A stretch of DNA of 64,000 nucleotides from a virus (lineage: Duplodnaviria; Caudoviricetes), in the IMG/VR virus record IMGVR_UViG_3300010429_000981, positions 13,722 to 77,721 of that record. One strand, given 5' to 3'. The translations under genes and the position numbers were made by a program. This document shows positions 1 through 8,751 of this stretch, one piece after another (position 1 is the first letter of the stretch; every line of letters begins with the position of its first letter). A model generated the notes under the pieces. The model was not told where the DNA came from. It made no database searches and was given only the letters and a program-made list of their open reading frames with translations.

Positions 1-1
1 A

Positions 2-145
2 TCAGATAATAGAAATTTAACAACAAATCATGTACATAGTTTATTATCTATTAATCCTACCGAAACTGATCCTGTCACCAGAGTAAATTTACTATCTGCT
101 ATAAAGAAAAATCTAGTAAAAAATCGTAAAATTTTACCCTCATAA
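2..145 (+). CDS. 3' end of a hypothetical protein (partial, runs off window start)
   Basis: Frame 2 is open from base 2 to TAA at 143-145 (SDNRNL...KILPS*). Confidence 0.5.
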   Translation, partial: SDNRNLTTNHVHSLLSINPTETDPVTRVNLLSAIKKNLVKNRKILPS

Positions 146-168
146 AAATATTTTATAACAAATAATAC

Positions 169-197
169 TTGACCTCTGTTGATTTTGCTATTATACT
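169..197 (+). promoter_or_regulatory. sigma70-type early promoter
   Basis: TTGACC (169-174), 17-bp spacer, TATACT (192-197); upstream CCTCATAAAAATATTTTA is also found before the promoter at 18406. Confidence 0.7.
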
Positions 198-227
198 ATG
201 TAATATCAAATCAATGGAGGTACTTCA

Positions 228-434
228 GTGAAACCAATTTCCAGAAAGCAGTACATCAACAGTCTTATTAAGGATGGTTGGGTTCTTGATAGAAAGAATG
301 GTAAGCATGATGTTTATACTCATGTAAATGCTAAGTCTCATCTAGCAGTTCCTCATGGTATTGAAATTAGTGTGGGTATCGTTAGACAACATACCCCGAT
401 AGTTTTATCCGTTCACAAACATAACAAGGTCTAA
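228..434 (+). CDS. hicA: HicA-family mRNA interferase-like protein
   Basis: 68 aa; L..DGW...R.NGKHDVY.H......VP.G pattern of the HicA fold (GSH-equivalent His); GTG start with GGAGG RBS. Confidence 0.75.
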   Translation: MKPISRKQYINSLIKDGWVLDRKNGKHDVYTHVNAKSHLAVPHGIEISVGIVRQHTPIVLSVHKHNKV

Positions 435-440
435 TATATA

Positions 441-803
441 ATGCCCACTCATGCTACTATTATCATTAAAGATGACAATTTTAATGTATCATTTTATAAA
501 CATTCTGATGGCGGATTAGATTCATTGGGGAAGACTATTGCCGAATTTCTTAATGGATTAACCATAGTAAACGGATTCGTTAATACCCATAATAAAATTG
601 CTAATGGTATGGGATGTTTAGCGGCACAATTATGTAAACTTCTAAAAGAAGAGGTTGGCGAATTTTATATAATTAACTATCCTAATTATTTAGAAGATTA
701 TAACTATAGGATTAGTAACAATTTTATTTCTGTTATTGATCTGGGTGATAATTTATTATTTATGGGAAGTTGGGAAGAATTCTATCAATTTGTTAATAAA
801 TAG
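441..803 (+). CDS. hypothetical phage protein (Y-x-H-x-D-G family)
   Basis: 120-aa ORF with FYKHSDGG motif common in small phage early proteins. Confidence 0.65.
   Translation: MPTHATIIIKDDNFNVSFYKHSDGGLDSLGKTIAEFLNGLTIVNGFVNTHNKIANGMGCLAAQLCKLLKEEVGEFYIINYPNYLEDYNYRISNNFISVIDLGDNLLFMGSWEEFYQFVNK
795..802 (+). promoter_or_regulatory. possible T4-type late promoter variant (AATAAATA)
   Basis: One mismatch to TATAAATA, 24 bp before the endolysin start; the motif can occur by chance in AT-rich DNA. Confidence 0.4.
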
Positions 804-826
804 TTTATATACAGGAGAAAAGATAC

Positions 827-2446
827 ATGCCTAAACAATATACAGATGCAGAAATGATTAGTAAATATGGTAAACCTAATCAATCAGGAACATATTTAAC
901 ATCGGTAACATTACCATTTAAGTTAATTTTATCATGGGATACTGATACATTAGTTTCTAAAATTAGAGTTCATAAATTAGAAGCAGAAAATGTATACAAT
1001 ATCTTTAATGATATTCTAAATGTGTATGGTATTTCTGATATTAACCGATTACATATTAATTATTTTGGTGGATCATTTAATTATCGTGCCATGAGAACGG
1101 GTAATCGCTGGAGTCGCCATTGCTTACCTGCGGGAGAACCAGTGTGGACATTGAACGGAATAACAAATATAGAAGATATTAAAATTGGAGATAAAGTTCT
1201 ATCTCTAAATACAGATTCTAATAAAGTAGAGGAAAAAACAGTATCTAATATATTTGAGAATGGTAAAAAAGATATAGTCGCAGTTAATATAAGAAATTAT
1301 AACATAAAATGTTCAAAAGAACATAAAATTTTAGTGTTAAATAAACAGACTTTAGAAACTAAAGATTGGATTAAAAATATTGGCAATGGCCACAAAAGAG
1401 CAATATATACTTTATCATACAAAGAAGCGCAGCATCTAAACCGAGGAGATAAAATTGTTATACTAAAATCGGGAAAAAGTTTGCTCAGTAGTGATACAAC
1501 TAATTTAGATTGGTTTGAGATATTGGGGTTGTTTATAGGAGATGGTGCCGTTCATCACAGAAATGGTGCAGTGGATTATATATCTTTTCAATTTCCAAAA
1601 CAAGATAGAGTAAGGACACATGTATTAGAACTTTTACAGCGAAACTTTAAGTCTGTTAGGTCATCGGATAAAGCACTATTTTTATACACCAAAGAAGATT
1701 TTATGCGGTTTTCACACCTTGATCTTAACGCATATAACAAACATATACCCGAAGAGGTTTTCTTAGCATCCTTTGAGCAAAAAATCGCCTTTTTAATTGG
1801 ATTAATATATAGTGATGGTCATGTGGCAAAAAGCCCAAACAAACGTAATAATACTATATATACCGTTAAATATGGATACAAAACTGTATCTAAACAGTTG
1901 ATTTTAGACATAAAATTATTATGTTCTTTGGTTGGTATTAAAACATCTAACATAAGCACCGCACCACCAAAAGATGTAGAAATATGTGGCGTAAAAACAC
2001 ACCAAAAAGAACACTATAGTATGTATATGGTAGATTATAATAAGATTATTTCTTTAGCGTTTGATGCAGAATATCATTATAGACAAACAAATGCTACAAA
2101 ACTAAAAACTTATAATACAAAATGTTGGGGATACCAAACTCTTGGGGAAAATTTTACTATTGAATCTGTTGTATCAGTGAATAATATAGGCAACGAATCC
2201 GTCTATGATATAGAAGTTGAGGACAACCATAATTTTATTGTGAATGGTGTGGTTGTATCAAATTCTTGGGGAACCGCCATTGATCTTGACCCAGAACGTA
2301 ATCAATTACGCGAAGATCATACTACTGCTCGATTTGCCAGAGAAGAATATCGAGATATGATTGATATTTTTGAGAAATATAATTGGGTATCTCTAGGAAG
2401 ACTTCATGATATGGATTGGATGCATTTTGAATCGGGGAGAATGTAA
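827..2446 (+). CDS. M15-family peptidoglycan peptidase (endolysin) interrupted by an intein
   Basis: Joined exteins read FNYRAMRTGNRWSRH-SWGTAIDLDP...DWMHFE (R, SxH, D and H motifs of M15C); 158 aa after splicing. Confidence 0.85.
   Translation: MPKQYTDAEMISKYGKPNQSGTYLTSVTLPFKLILSWDTDTLVSKIRVHKLEAENVYNIFNDILNVYGISDINRLHINYFGGSFNYRAMRTGNRWSRHCLPAGEPVWTLNGITNIEDIKIGDKVLSLNTDSNKVEEKTVSNIFENGKKDIVAVNIRNYNIKCSKEHKILVLNKQTLETKDWIKNIGNGHKRAIYTLSYKEAQHLNRGDKIVILKSGKSLLSSDTTNLDWFEILGLFIGDGAVHHRNGAVDYISFQFPKQDRVRTHVLELLQRNFKSVRSSDKALFLYTKEDFMRFSHLDLNAYNKHIPEEVFLASFEQKIAFLIGLIYSDGHVAKSPNKRNNTIYTVKYGYKTVSKQLILDIKLLCSLVGIKTSNISTAPPKDVEICGVKTHQKEHYSMYMVDYNKIISLAFDAEYHYRQTNATKLKTYNTKCWGYQTLGENFTIESVVSVNNIGNESVYDIEVEDNHNFIVNGVVVSNSWGTAIDLDPERNQLREDHTTARFAREEYRDMIDIFEKYNWVSLGRLHDMDWMHFESGRM
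1121..2263 (+). mobile_element. intein (381 aa) with LAGLIDADG homing endonuclease
   Basis: Starts CLPAGEPV; block F VYDIEVEDNHNFIVNG; ends VVSN followed by Ser; LAGLIDADG-like motifs LGLFIGDG and LIGLIYSDG. Confidence 0.9.
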
Positions 2447-2622
2447 TGTTTAACGATGAAGCCATTAATTTATTAAATAATGTAAAACAACAATTATCAG
2501 AATTAGCAAAAGAAGCCAAATTAACAGAGAATAGTGCCCAGGAATTATTAGATAGTATCATGAGTCAATACAATATTACTCCTAATGATATTAAAAAAGA
2601 AAAAAATCTTTATCACAATTAG
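2446..2622 (+). CDS. small hypothetical protein (58 aa, below ORF-track cutoff)
   Basis: ATG overlaps the endolysin stop (TAATG); reads MFNDEAINLL...LYHN*. Confidence 0.55.
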   Translation: MFNDEAINLLNNVKQQLSELAKEAKLTENSAQELLDSIMSQYNITPNDIKKEKNLYHN

Positions 2623-2630
2623 GAGAAATT

Positions 2631-3593
2631 ATGTTAAGTTTTAGAGAATTTAAGGAGCGAAAACCAGAAACATTTATTGCGTTTTCTAATGCTGGTGGAA
2701 GATTAGGTCAGTATGATAAATTTGATTATACTGAATCTTATATTACAGGGCAAGGAGGTGGAAGACCCGATAATCTTGCTGAAAATCTTAATCCAAGAGA
2801 TAAGCCAATACATATTTTATCTCATGGTATTCTATCTGATCCTGAAAAGAATAATAAAGGATTGGGGGAAGAACATAATGAACCCGAAAATATTGGAATC
2901 CCTGATTATCATGATAGAGGTTATGTGTTTCCTCAATATACTAATGAACAAGCAAAGAAAGCCAGAATATTATCGGCAAATGTAAATGAACATCATCCAT
3001 TTTACCATGATATTTTAGAGCATTATACTTCCAACAGTTATAATCTTAATAATGAGTTAATAAGACATCATAGAGCCAATACCGAACCCCCAGAGTCTAT
3101 TAAATCACATTTAGACTATGACGACGATGATAATTATTCAGATATACATTTACAAACTTTTGATAAATTAATAGCAGATCATAAATTACCTACTGATGTT
3201 ACCGTTTATTCTAGTTTAGGTTTCCATCCTAATGAACATCGTGGTAAAATAGCGGTAGTTCCATCTTATCTATCTACTTCATTATCTCCGCATGTTGCTA
3301 AAGATTTTGGAAAAAAGTGGGAAATGAGTGTTCATGATGGAAAAAACTATAAAGATATACAGGTAAAAAATATTTTAAGGTTACATCTACCAGAAGGTCA
3401 TGCTGGATTATTTACTGATAATGGGTCTTTGTTTCCAGGACAAGGAGAGATTATATTACCCAGAGGATTGCAATATCAATTTGGGCAAAGACCTACTCAT
3501 ATTATTCAGGGAAAATTCCACATTCATTTTGGTCATGGGTCAAATAACGAAACGCAATACCACATATATACAGGTCGAATTCTTTCAAAATAA
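2631..3593 (+). CDS. ADP-ribosyltransferase-like protein 1 (VIP2/C3/Alt-like fold)
   Basis: YTSNSYNLN helix, TVYSS (Arg replaced), YLSTSLS, QGEIILPRG; AGGAG RBS. Confidence 0.8.
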   Translation: MLSFREFKERKPETFIAFSNAGGRLGQYDKFDYTESYITGQGGGRPDNLAENLNPRDKPIHILSHGILSDPEKNNKGLGEEHNEPENIGIPDYHDRGYVFPQYTNEQAKKARILSANVNEHHPFYHDILEHYTSNSYNLNNELIRHHRANTEPPESIKSHLDYDDDDNYSDIHLQTFDKLIADHKLPTDVTVYSSLGFHPNEHRGKIAVVPSYLSTSLSPHVAKDFGKKWEMSVHDGKNYKDIQVKNILRLHLPEGHAGLFTDNGSLFPGQGEIILPRGLQYQFGQRPTHIIQGKFHIHFGHGSNNETQYHIYTGRILSK

Positions 3594-3610
3594 ACCATCA
3601 GGAGATTATC

Positions 3611-3850
3611 ATGAATTACACTACAGCAATTGTAAATATTATAACCCCTAAAGGCTATAAATACAAAAAAACAGTGGTTGTTCCAAATTTTGGTTATGGT
3701 ATAATTGATCGAGTAGCAGAAGAACTTATTCATCAGAAATATGACGATTGTATTAGTGATTTTGCTTTTGGTGATAATATTCAGGTTGTAGTAAATGGGG
3801 ATAAGTCTCCTTGGTATAGATTAACTAATACAGGATTTGTGAAGGCATAA
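3611..3850 (+). CDS. hypothetical protein
   Basis: 79-aa ORF with AGGAG RBS. Confidence 0.6.
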   Translation: MNYTTAIVNIITPKGYKYKKTVVVPNFGYGIIDRVAEELIHQKYDDCISDFAFGDNIQVVVNGDKSPWYRLTNTGFVKA

Positions 3851-3854
3851 AAAA

Positions 3855-4244
3855 ATGAAGTTCCATAATGAAAAAGAAGTTCCTAGTGATAATCAAGTAT
3901 TTGTATTTGGTTCTGCACTATCAGGTAATCATGAACTAAATTATAATTCTAAGCAAGCAACATTAAAATATGGGGCTAAGTTTGGAAGAGGCATTGGTGT
4001 GTCTGGTCGTTCTTATGCTATTCCTATTAGAGGATATGATAATGAATTACTAACCCTAGAATCTATCAGCCAATATGTTGATCGTTTTGTGAAACTTACG
4101 CAGCAACATAAGGATATCAATTTCTTTATTACTCGTATTGGATGCGGTAAATTTGAATATAGCGATAATAAAATTGCCCCTCTATTCAAAAATTGCGGCG
4201 ATAATTGTTCTGTTCCAGATACTTTTATGCTATACTCAAAATGA
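3855..4244 (+). CDS. macrodomain-like phage protein (FVFGS...SYAIP...TRIGCG family)
   Basis: Motifs VFVFGS, YGAKFGRGIGVSGRSYAIP and FFITRIGCG match a widespread phage family I recall as macro-like. Confidence 0.55.
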   Translation: MKFHNEKEVPSDNQVFVFGSALSGNHELNYNSKQATLKYGAKFGRGIGVSGRSYAIPIRGYDNELLTLESISQYVDRFVKLTQQHKDINFFITRIGCGKFEYSDNKIAPLFKNCGDNCSVPDTFMLYSK

Positions 4245-4402
4245 ATGAAGATACTGAGTTAGTACCAGTAGATCCGGTATTACAAAAATATAATGAAATT
4301 AACGAATATTTTAAGGGTAAATTACCGAATCCACATCATGAACCTATACAATTTGCTTATTATCTGAAAATCTATGAATATTTCAAAAAAAGAGCCGCTT
4401 AG
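4241..4402 (+). CDS. small hypothetical T4-like phage protein
   Basis: ATG at 4241 overlaps the upstream TGA; LPNPHHEPIQFAYYLKIY motif. Confidence 0.55.
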   Translation: MNEDTELVPVDPVLQKYNEINEYFKGKLPNPHHEPIQFAYYLKIYEYFKKRAA

Positions 4403-4415
4403 TCTAAGATTTTAC

Positions 4416-4444
4416 TTGATTTATTGGTTAATAGTGTTTATACT
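4416..4444 (+). promoter_or_regulatory. sigma70-type promoter
   Basis: TTGATT, 17-bp spacer, TATACT in an intergenic gap. Confidence 0.55.
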
Positions 4445-4500
4445 GTTCTCTGGTACTTCAGAATCTTACTTAGCAAAGACAATAGTTCTTGGAGTTGTTA

Positions 4501-4698
4501 ATGTCTTATTTTCGTCATCCTAAAACATTATCTGAGAAGAAACAGGCGGTTACATTATCCAAGGAAATTTATATGGATGATTTACCTGTTCGCTATCGGG
4601 CCAAGCGTAATAATAAGAATTTGGCAGATTGTTGGTGGGATATCATGAGAAGGAATATAAGAAATTGGAAACAATATAGGAAACAACAATATAAATGA
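4501..4698 (+). CDS. basic hypothetical protein
   Basis: ATG at 4501 after GGAG; YFRHPKT...WKQYRKQQYK. Confidence 0.6.
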   Translation: MSYFRHPKTLSEKKQAVTLSKEIYMDDLPVRYRAKRNNKNLADCWWDIMRRNIRNWKQYRKQQYK

Positions 4699-4967
4699 TT
4701 TTATATACGCTAGGACATATCACCAAACAATTTCTAATTGCTATTGATCAAACGATTAATACCGTAATCTATATCAATGGTGATGGCTGGGGTTATGCTG
4801 ACGAAATGATTTCAGCCAGAGTATTTAGATGTTATCTTCAGGGATATGTTACTGAATTACCAATGAATTTAGTAAATAAACTATTCTTCTGGGATGATAA
4901 TCATTGCTATGAATGCTGGGTATTAGAATCCGAAAGAAATCAATTACCTAATAACTATAGAGAATAA
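4695..4967 (+). CDS. hypothetical phage protein (DQ..N...DE.ISAR family)
   Basis: ATGA overlap with upstream gene; IAIDQTIN and DEMISAR motifs. Confidence 0.6.
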   Translation: MILYTLGHITKQFLIAIDQTINTVIYINGDGWGYADEMISARVFRCYLQGYVTELPMNLVNKLFFWDDNHCYECWVLESERNQLPNNYRE

Positions 4968-4969
4968 TT

Positions 4970-5188
4970 ATGTTACAAAAAGACTTAAAAAACATTGCTA
5001 CTATGGCTGGATTTTCTTATGATTATACCACTGGAAATTTTGTGGTTAAACAATCGGGGTCATTTTTAGAAAGATTATTTTTTAACAAACCTGTCATATT
5101 AGATGATAATTTACAACTGTTTGCTGATTTGCTTAGAGAAAATCATGTAAGTAAAATTATTGATTTATTAAAGAAACCAGATCATTAA
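4970..5188 (+). CDS. hypothetical protein, paralog of 5622-5906
   Basis: Shares ML..L...A..AGF and L..FAD motifs with 5622-5906. Confidence 0.55.
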   Translation: MLQKDLKNIATMAGFSYDYTTGNFVVKQSGSFLERLFFNKPVILDDNLQLFADLLRENHVSKIIDLLKKPDH

Positions 5189-5343
5189 CGGTATATAATT
5201 ATGTATAAATTGTGTATGGCAACTATTACTATCATGCTCCTGATTGTTGTAGGGGTGGGTTGGGGCATTGCTATCTTAGAAATAGATAAGCATAAATCAT
5301 ATAGAGAATTGTCCACCGATAAACATTTTTATAGAGAATAATT

Positions 5344-5601
5344 GTGTATAATAATAGAGCAGAATACATTATTAGTAATAAACGATATTGGCGAACTGGA
5401 TATTATAATTGTTATTTGGAAAGTTTAGAACTATATAAGTTACCAGTAGGTTCGGTAAGATTATTGGTATTTGATAAAGATATGACTATTCCAATTGAAG
5501 TAATATCAACTAAACGATGGTGGTTTCGTCATTTTACTAAGTGGAAACCAATAACACACGAAAATAGTTCAAACTTGTGTTATATGTTACAAACACTATA
5601 G
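5344..5601 (+). CDS. hypothetical protein
   Basis: 85-aa ORF in a tightly packed plus-strand run. Confidence 0.5.
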   Translation: MYNNRAEYIISNKRYWRTGYYNCYLESLELYKLPVGSVRLLVFDKDMTIPIEVISTKRWWFRHFTKWKPITHENSSNLCYMLQTL

Positions 5602-5621
5602 AGAATCAATAGAGAAATAAT

Positions 5622-5906
5622 ATGCTAACCGAAAAATTAAGAGATTTTGCCGAACAAGCCGGATTTGATGTTAATGTAGTAAATAAAGAAGTTTCTGTCT
5701 CATCCAACAATTCATTTTTTGGAACTAAATCCATTAATGTTGATGAAGAATTAGAGAAATTTGCTGATATTGTTATCAACGATCTATTACTGCAATTAAA
5801 TAGAAAATTCCATAAACTAGATGAGGAATTAAGAAATGAAAATGTCAGATTGTATGTAATACCCACAATTCCACCACCAGAAAATGAGGCAATTTATGTC
5901 AGATAA
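5622..5906 (+). CDS. hypothetical protein, paralog of 4970-5188
   Basis: MLTEKLRDFAEQAGF...EELEKFAD. Confidence 0.55.
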   Translation: MLTEKLRDFAEQAGFDVNVVNKEVSVSSNNSFFGTKSINVDEELEKFADIVINDLLLQLNRKFHKLDEELRNENVRLYVIPTIPPPENEAIYVR

Positions 5907-6127
5907 AGAATTGTTGAAGGCATTAATTGAATCTTATATTATTATTAAGGGAGAAGTTATGTATCGTTTTGGAAAAGAGTTTCCACTAGAAAATGTATTA
6001 GGTCATAATGCTTATAACGAATTAAAGAAACGTATTATTGGAGATGAATAAATGTATTGGAAAGTATATTGGTTATCAGTAATTGTTATGGTGGTAATAT
6101 TAATCGTTATGTTATTTGGAATTAATT

Positions 6128-7165
6128 ATGAACTATAAAGAATCCGGTGTAGATATTGATGAAGGTAATAACTTTATCAATAATAACATAAACAATATCA
6201 AATCTACATATGATGATAATGTGTTGATTAGCAAGAACAATTTTAGTGGTTTTTATGATATTAGTAAAGTAATTGGCAAAAGTCCTATTTTATCAGTAAC
6301 ATGTGATGGAGTAGGATCTAAGGTAAAATTGGCTAGTAGATACAATAATTATTGTGGATTAGGTCAAGACTTAGTAGCCATGAATGTTAATGATATTATC
6401 TGTAGTGGAGCAGAACCATTATTGTTTTTGGATTATTACGCTACTCATAAATTAGACAAAATCAATTCTAATATTATTTTATCTGGTATTGTTGATGCAT
6501 GTAAAAAGTGTAATATTTCACTCATTGGTGGTGAAACTTCTGAAATGCCCAGTATTTATAAAAAACATGAATTTGATTTGGCTGGATTTTGTGTAGGAAT
6601 GTTAGATAAGGAAGATATGATTGATCCTGATGATATTAAAGCAGGTCAGGCAATTATTGGTATTAGGTCTTCTGGACCACACGCTAATGGTTATTCTATT
6701 ATTAATCAATTAGTTAATGAAAATACTCCTGAGCATATTATCGATACATTATTAAGACCTACTAAACTTTACTTAAACGATATCAAAAGAGTAAAAACAG
6801 AAGTTGATATTTTAGGTATTGCTCACATTACTGGTGGCGGTATTCCTGAGAATTTAGTTAGAATTTTACCTGATAATGTTTCTGCCTATATTGTTGCTGA
6901 TTTAAGTCTACCTTTTCAGAGTTCTTGCTATAATAATGTAGAAAAGACTACTCTTAATAATATTTTTACTTGGATTAAAGAGACGGGCGATATTAGTAAG
7001 GAAGAAATGCGCCGAGTATTTAATATGAGTATTGGTATGATTTTTGTTGTAGAAGATGAAGATAAATATTATGCTCTAAATCAATTAAAAGGTCATGGGG
7101 TACTTTTAGGTTATACAATCAAAAGTACTGGCAAATCAGAAGTTTTTTTCAAAGAATATAAGTAA
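6128..7165 (+). CDS. purM: phosphoribosylformylglycinamidine cyclo-ligase (AIR synthetase)
   Basis: YKESGVDIDEG, DGVGSK, GQDLVAMNVND, LIGGETSEMP, SSGPHANGYS, HITGGG, FNMSIGM; start moved to ATG 6128. Confidence 0.95.
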   Translation: MNYKESGVDIDEGNNFINNNINNIKSTYDDNVLISKNNFSGFYDISKVIGKSPILSVTCDGVGSKVKLASRYNNYCGLGQDLVAMNVNDIICSGAEPLLFLDYYATHKLDKINSNIILSGIVDACKKCNISLIGGETSEMPSIYKKHEFDLAGFCVGMLDKEDMIDPDDIKAGQAIIGIRSSGPHANGYSIINQLVNENTPEHIIDTLLRPTKLYLNDIKRVKTEVDILGIAHITGGGIPENLVRILPDNVSAYIVADLSLPFQSSCYNNVEKTTLNNIFTWIKETGDISKEEMRRVFNMSIGMIFVVEDEDKYYALNQLKGHGVLLGYTIKSTGKSEVFFKEYK

Positions 7166-7177
7166 GGTAAAATTATC

Positions 7178-7315
7178 ATGGATACTCCTATTATCACAAG
7201 TTTAGTAATGTTATTCCCTAGTATTTTGTTAGTTGCTGGTGTTGTTTTGTTCGGTATGTTTATTGCTTGTTTATTCAGTAAGTGTACCGGAGTAGGTTTT
7301 TGCTGTCATAAGTAA
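7178..7315 (+). CDS. small Cys-rich membrane peptide (45 aa)
   Basis: MDTPIITSLVMLFPSILLVAGVVLFGMFIACLFSKCTGVGFCCHK*. Confidence 0.45.
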   Translation: MDTPIITSLVMLFPSILLVAGVVLFGMFIACLFSKCTGVGFCCHK

Positions 7316-7322
7316 AAAAGTG

Positions 7323-7350
7323 TTGTAAATTTCTCCGAGAATGTTATAAT
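7323..7350 (+). promoter_or_regulatory. extended -10 sigma70-type promoter
   Basis: TTGTAA, 16-bp spacer, TGT-TATAAT upstream of the deaminase. Confidence 0.5.
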
Positions 7351-7380
7351 GGTTCTTAGTCAAACAGGAACCATTTTTTT

Positions 7381-7767
7381 ATGTCCAAGAGTAATCAGCA
7401 TCATATTAAGGCCATCATTTATGATAAGAGGGGACGAATCTTGAGTATTGGTGAGAATTCCTATCATCGTACTCATAGGGTACAATATTCAGTCTCGCGG
7501 GCGGTAGGCAAACCTAATGCTATCTATATTCATGGCGAAATTGATGCTATTGTAAAGTGCAGGGAGATTCATAATGCACACAAAATTCTAGTGATGCGTA
7601 TTACTCCTGATGGTTATAGAATGGCCAAACCATGTGATGGTTGCATGGAAGGTATTACTACGCTCACCCCGATAAAGATTATTGAATGGACCATAAATCC
7701 GGTAGATAATGAGGAACTAATTGATTTTATGAAAATATATCCAAACCGAAAGAACCGCAGGAAATAA
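7381..7767 (+). CDS. zinc-dependent cytidine/nucleotide deaminase-fold protein
   Basis: HGE (HxE) and KPCDGC (PCxxC) motifs; AIIYDKRGRILSIGEN strand. Confidence 0.8.
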   Translation: MSKSNQHHIKAIIYDKRGRILSIGENSYHRTHRVQYSVSRAVGKPNAIYIHGEIDAIVKCREIHNAHKILVMRITPDGYRMAKPCDGCMEGITTLTPIKIIEWTINPVDNEELIDFMKIYPNRKNRRK

Positions 7768-7768
7768 T

Positions 7769-7969
7769 ATGAAAATTGTAAGGCATAGAATTGTGTCGTA
7801 TATCTATATTAGTACTGATATGGGGCAGTATAGAATAGACAAAGAGGATAAACGATTTTTAGAAGAGTATAACGAGTCTAATTCTAATTGGCAACTTGTT
7901 CAAATGGGGTTAGACATTAGTTCTTATGATTATAAGGTGATTATGGACTATGTTAAAACTATTAAATAA
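7769..7969 (+). CDS. hypothetical protein
   Basis: 66-aa ORF in operon. Confidence 0.5.
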   Translation: MKIVRHRIVSYIYISTDMGQYRIDKEDKRFLEEYNESNSNWQLVQMGLDISSYDYKVIMDYVKTIK

Positions 7970-8261
7970 CGATAAAATGTCGGTTCGTGATATTATTATT
8001 GGTGTTTGTGTAATTTTATTATTTTCGACATTAATATCTTGGTTCATTTATAATAATGATTCTAATTATAAAGTAATTATTCCTAAATATAACCCCTCTA
8101 ATAATGCGGAAAATATTCAGAGATTAGAAAATATTATTAAAAACTTGAATAATGAAATCAAGTCTGGTAAAATAAATATAGAGTTTTTATCTACTCAAAA
8201 GAAAACTGTAGAAACTCATCTTAACGCACTTAAAATTGAGGAAAGCAATAATGTTCCCTAG
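7950..8261 (+). CDS. membrane-anchored coiled-coil protein
   Basis: One hydrophobic segment (IIIGVCVILLFSTLISWFIY) then heptad-like helix; the start may be ATG 7977. Confidence 0.55.
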   Translation: MLKLLNNDKMSVRDIIIGVCVILLFSTLISWFIYNNDSNYKVIIPKYNPSNNAENIQRLENIIKNLNNEIKSGKINIEFLSTQKKTVETHLNALKIEESNNVP

Positions 8262-8751
8262 ACTTCTTAAAATTAGTTATGACAATCTCAGGAATAAAGG
8301 TATGACTGCTATTGAGGCCAGAGATTATCTTAATGAAAAATATAAGGATGATGCTGATATCATTGAAGATATTTATTTAGGACATAGTATAGAAGAAGAT
8401 ATTTCTATTAATTCTAATAAGGTAGTAGACGTTTCAGAATTTATTCCAGAGGAAGATATTGATGAAGAAGTAGAATGTGGTAGATTAACTCAGGAAGATA
8501 TTGATACGGTATTGGAAGAACCTACCGACATCGAAATTGTTAAGCCAGTAGTTACACCAGTAGTTACACCAGTAGTTACACCAGTTAAACAGCGTAAAAG
8601 TGTATATGATCAGGTAAAAGAACTTTATATTAACACCGAAGATAAGAGCAAAGTTAAATCACTTATTATTGGATTAGGTATTAATACCAACACTGCTAAT
8701 GTATATTATAGTAAAGTAAAAAAGGAATTAGAAAATCATGGACAAGTTTGA
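8251..8751 (+). CDS. acidic hypothetical protein with PVVT repeats and a C-terminal HTH-like segment
   Basis: ATG at 8251; acidic core; (PVVT)3; C-terminal GINTNTANVYYSKVKK. Confidence 0.6.
   Translation: MFPRLLKISYDNLRNKGMTAIEARDYLNEKYKDDADIIEDIYLGHSIEEDISINSNKVVDVSEFIPEEDIDEEVECGRLTQEDIDTVLEEPTDIEIVKPVVTPVVTPVVTPVKQRKSVYDQVKELYINTEDKSKVKSLIIGLGINTNTANVYYSKVKKELENHGQV
8545..8585 (+). repeat. 12-bp coding tandem repeat (CCAGTAGTTACA x3 plus partial)
   Basis: Seen directly; encodes PVVT x3. Confidence 0.9.

Noticed and set aside
441..803. Gene after hicA as its HicB antitoxin
   Set aside because: No HicB RNase-H-like or DNA-binding pattern; it matches a different small phage family.
7351..7380. 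GGTTC..GAACC hairpin plus T-run as a terminator or attenuator before the deaminase
   Set aside because: The left arm directly follows the -10 box and would lie partly upstream of the transcription start; the stem is short.
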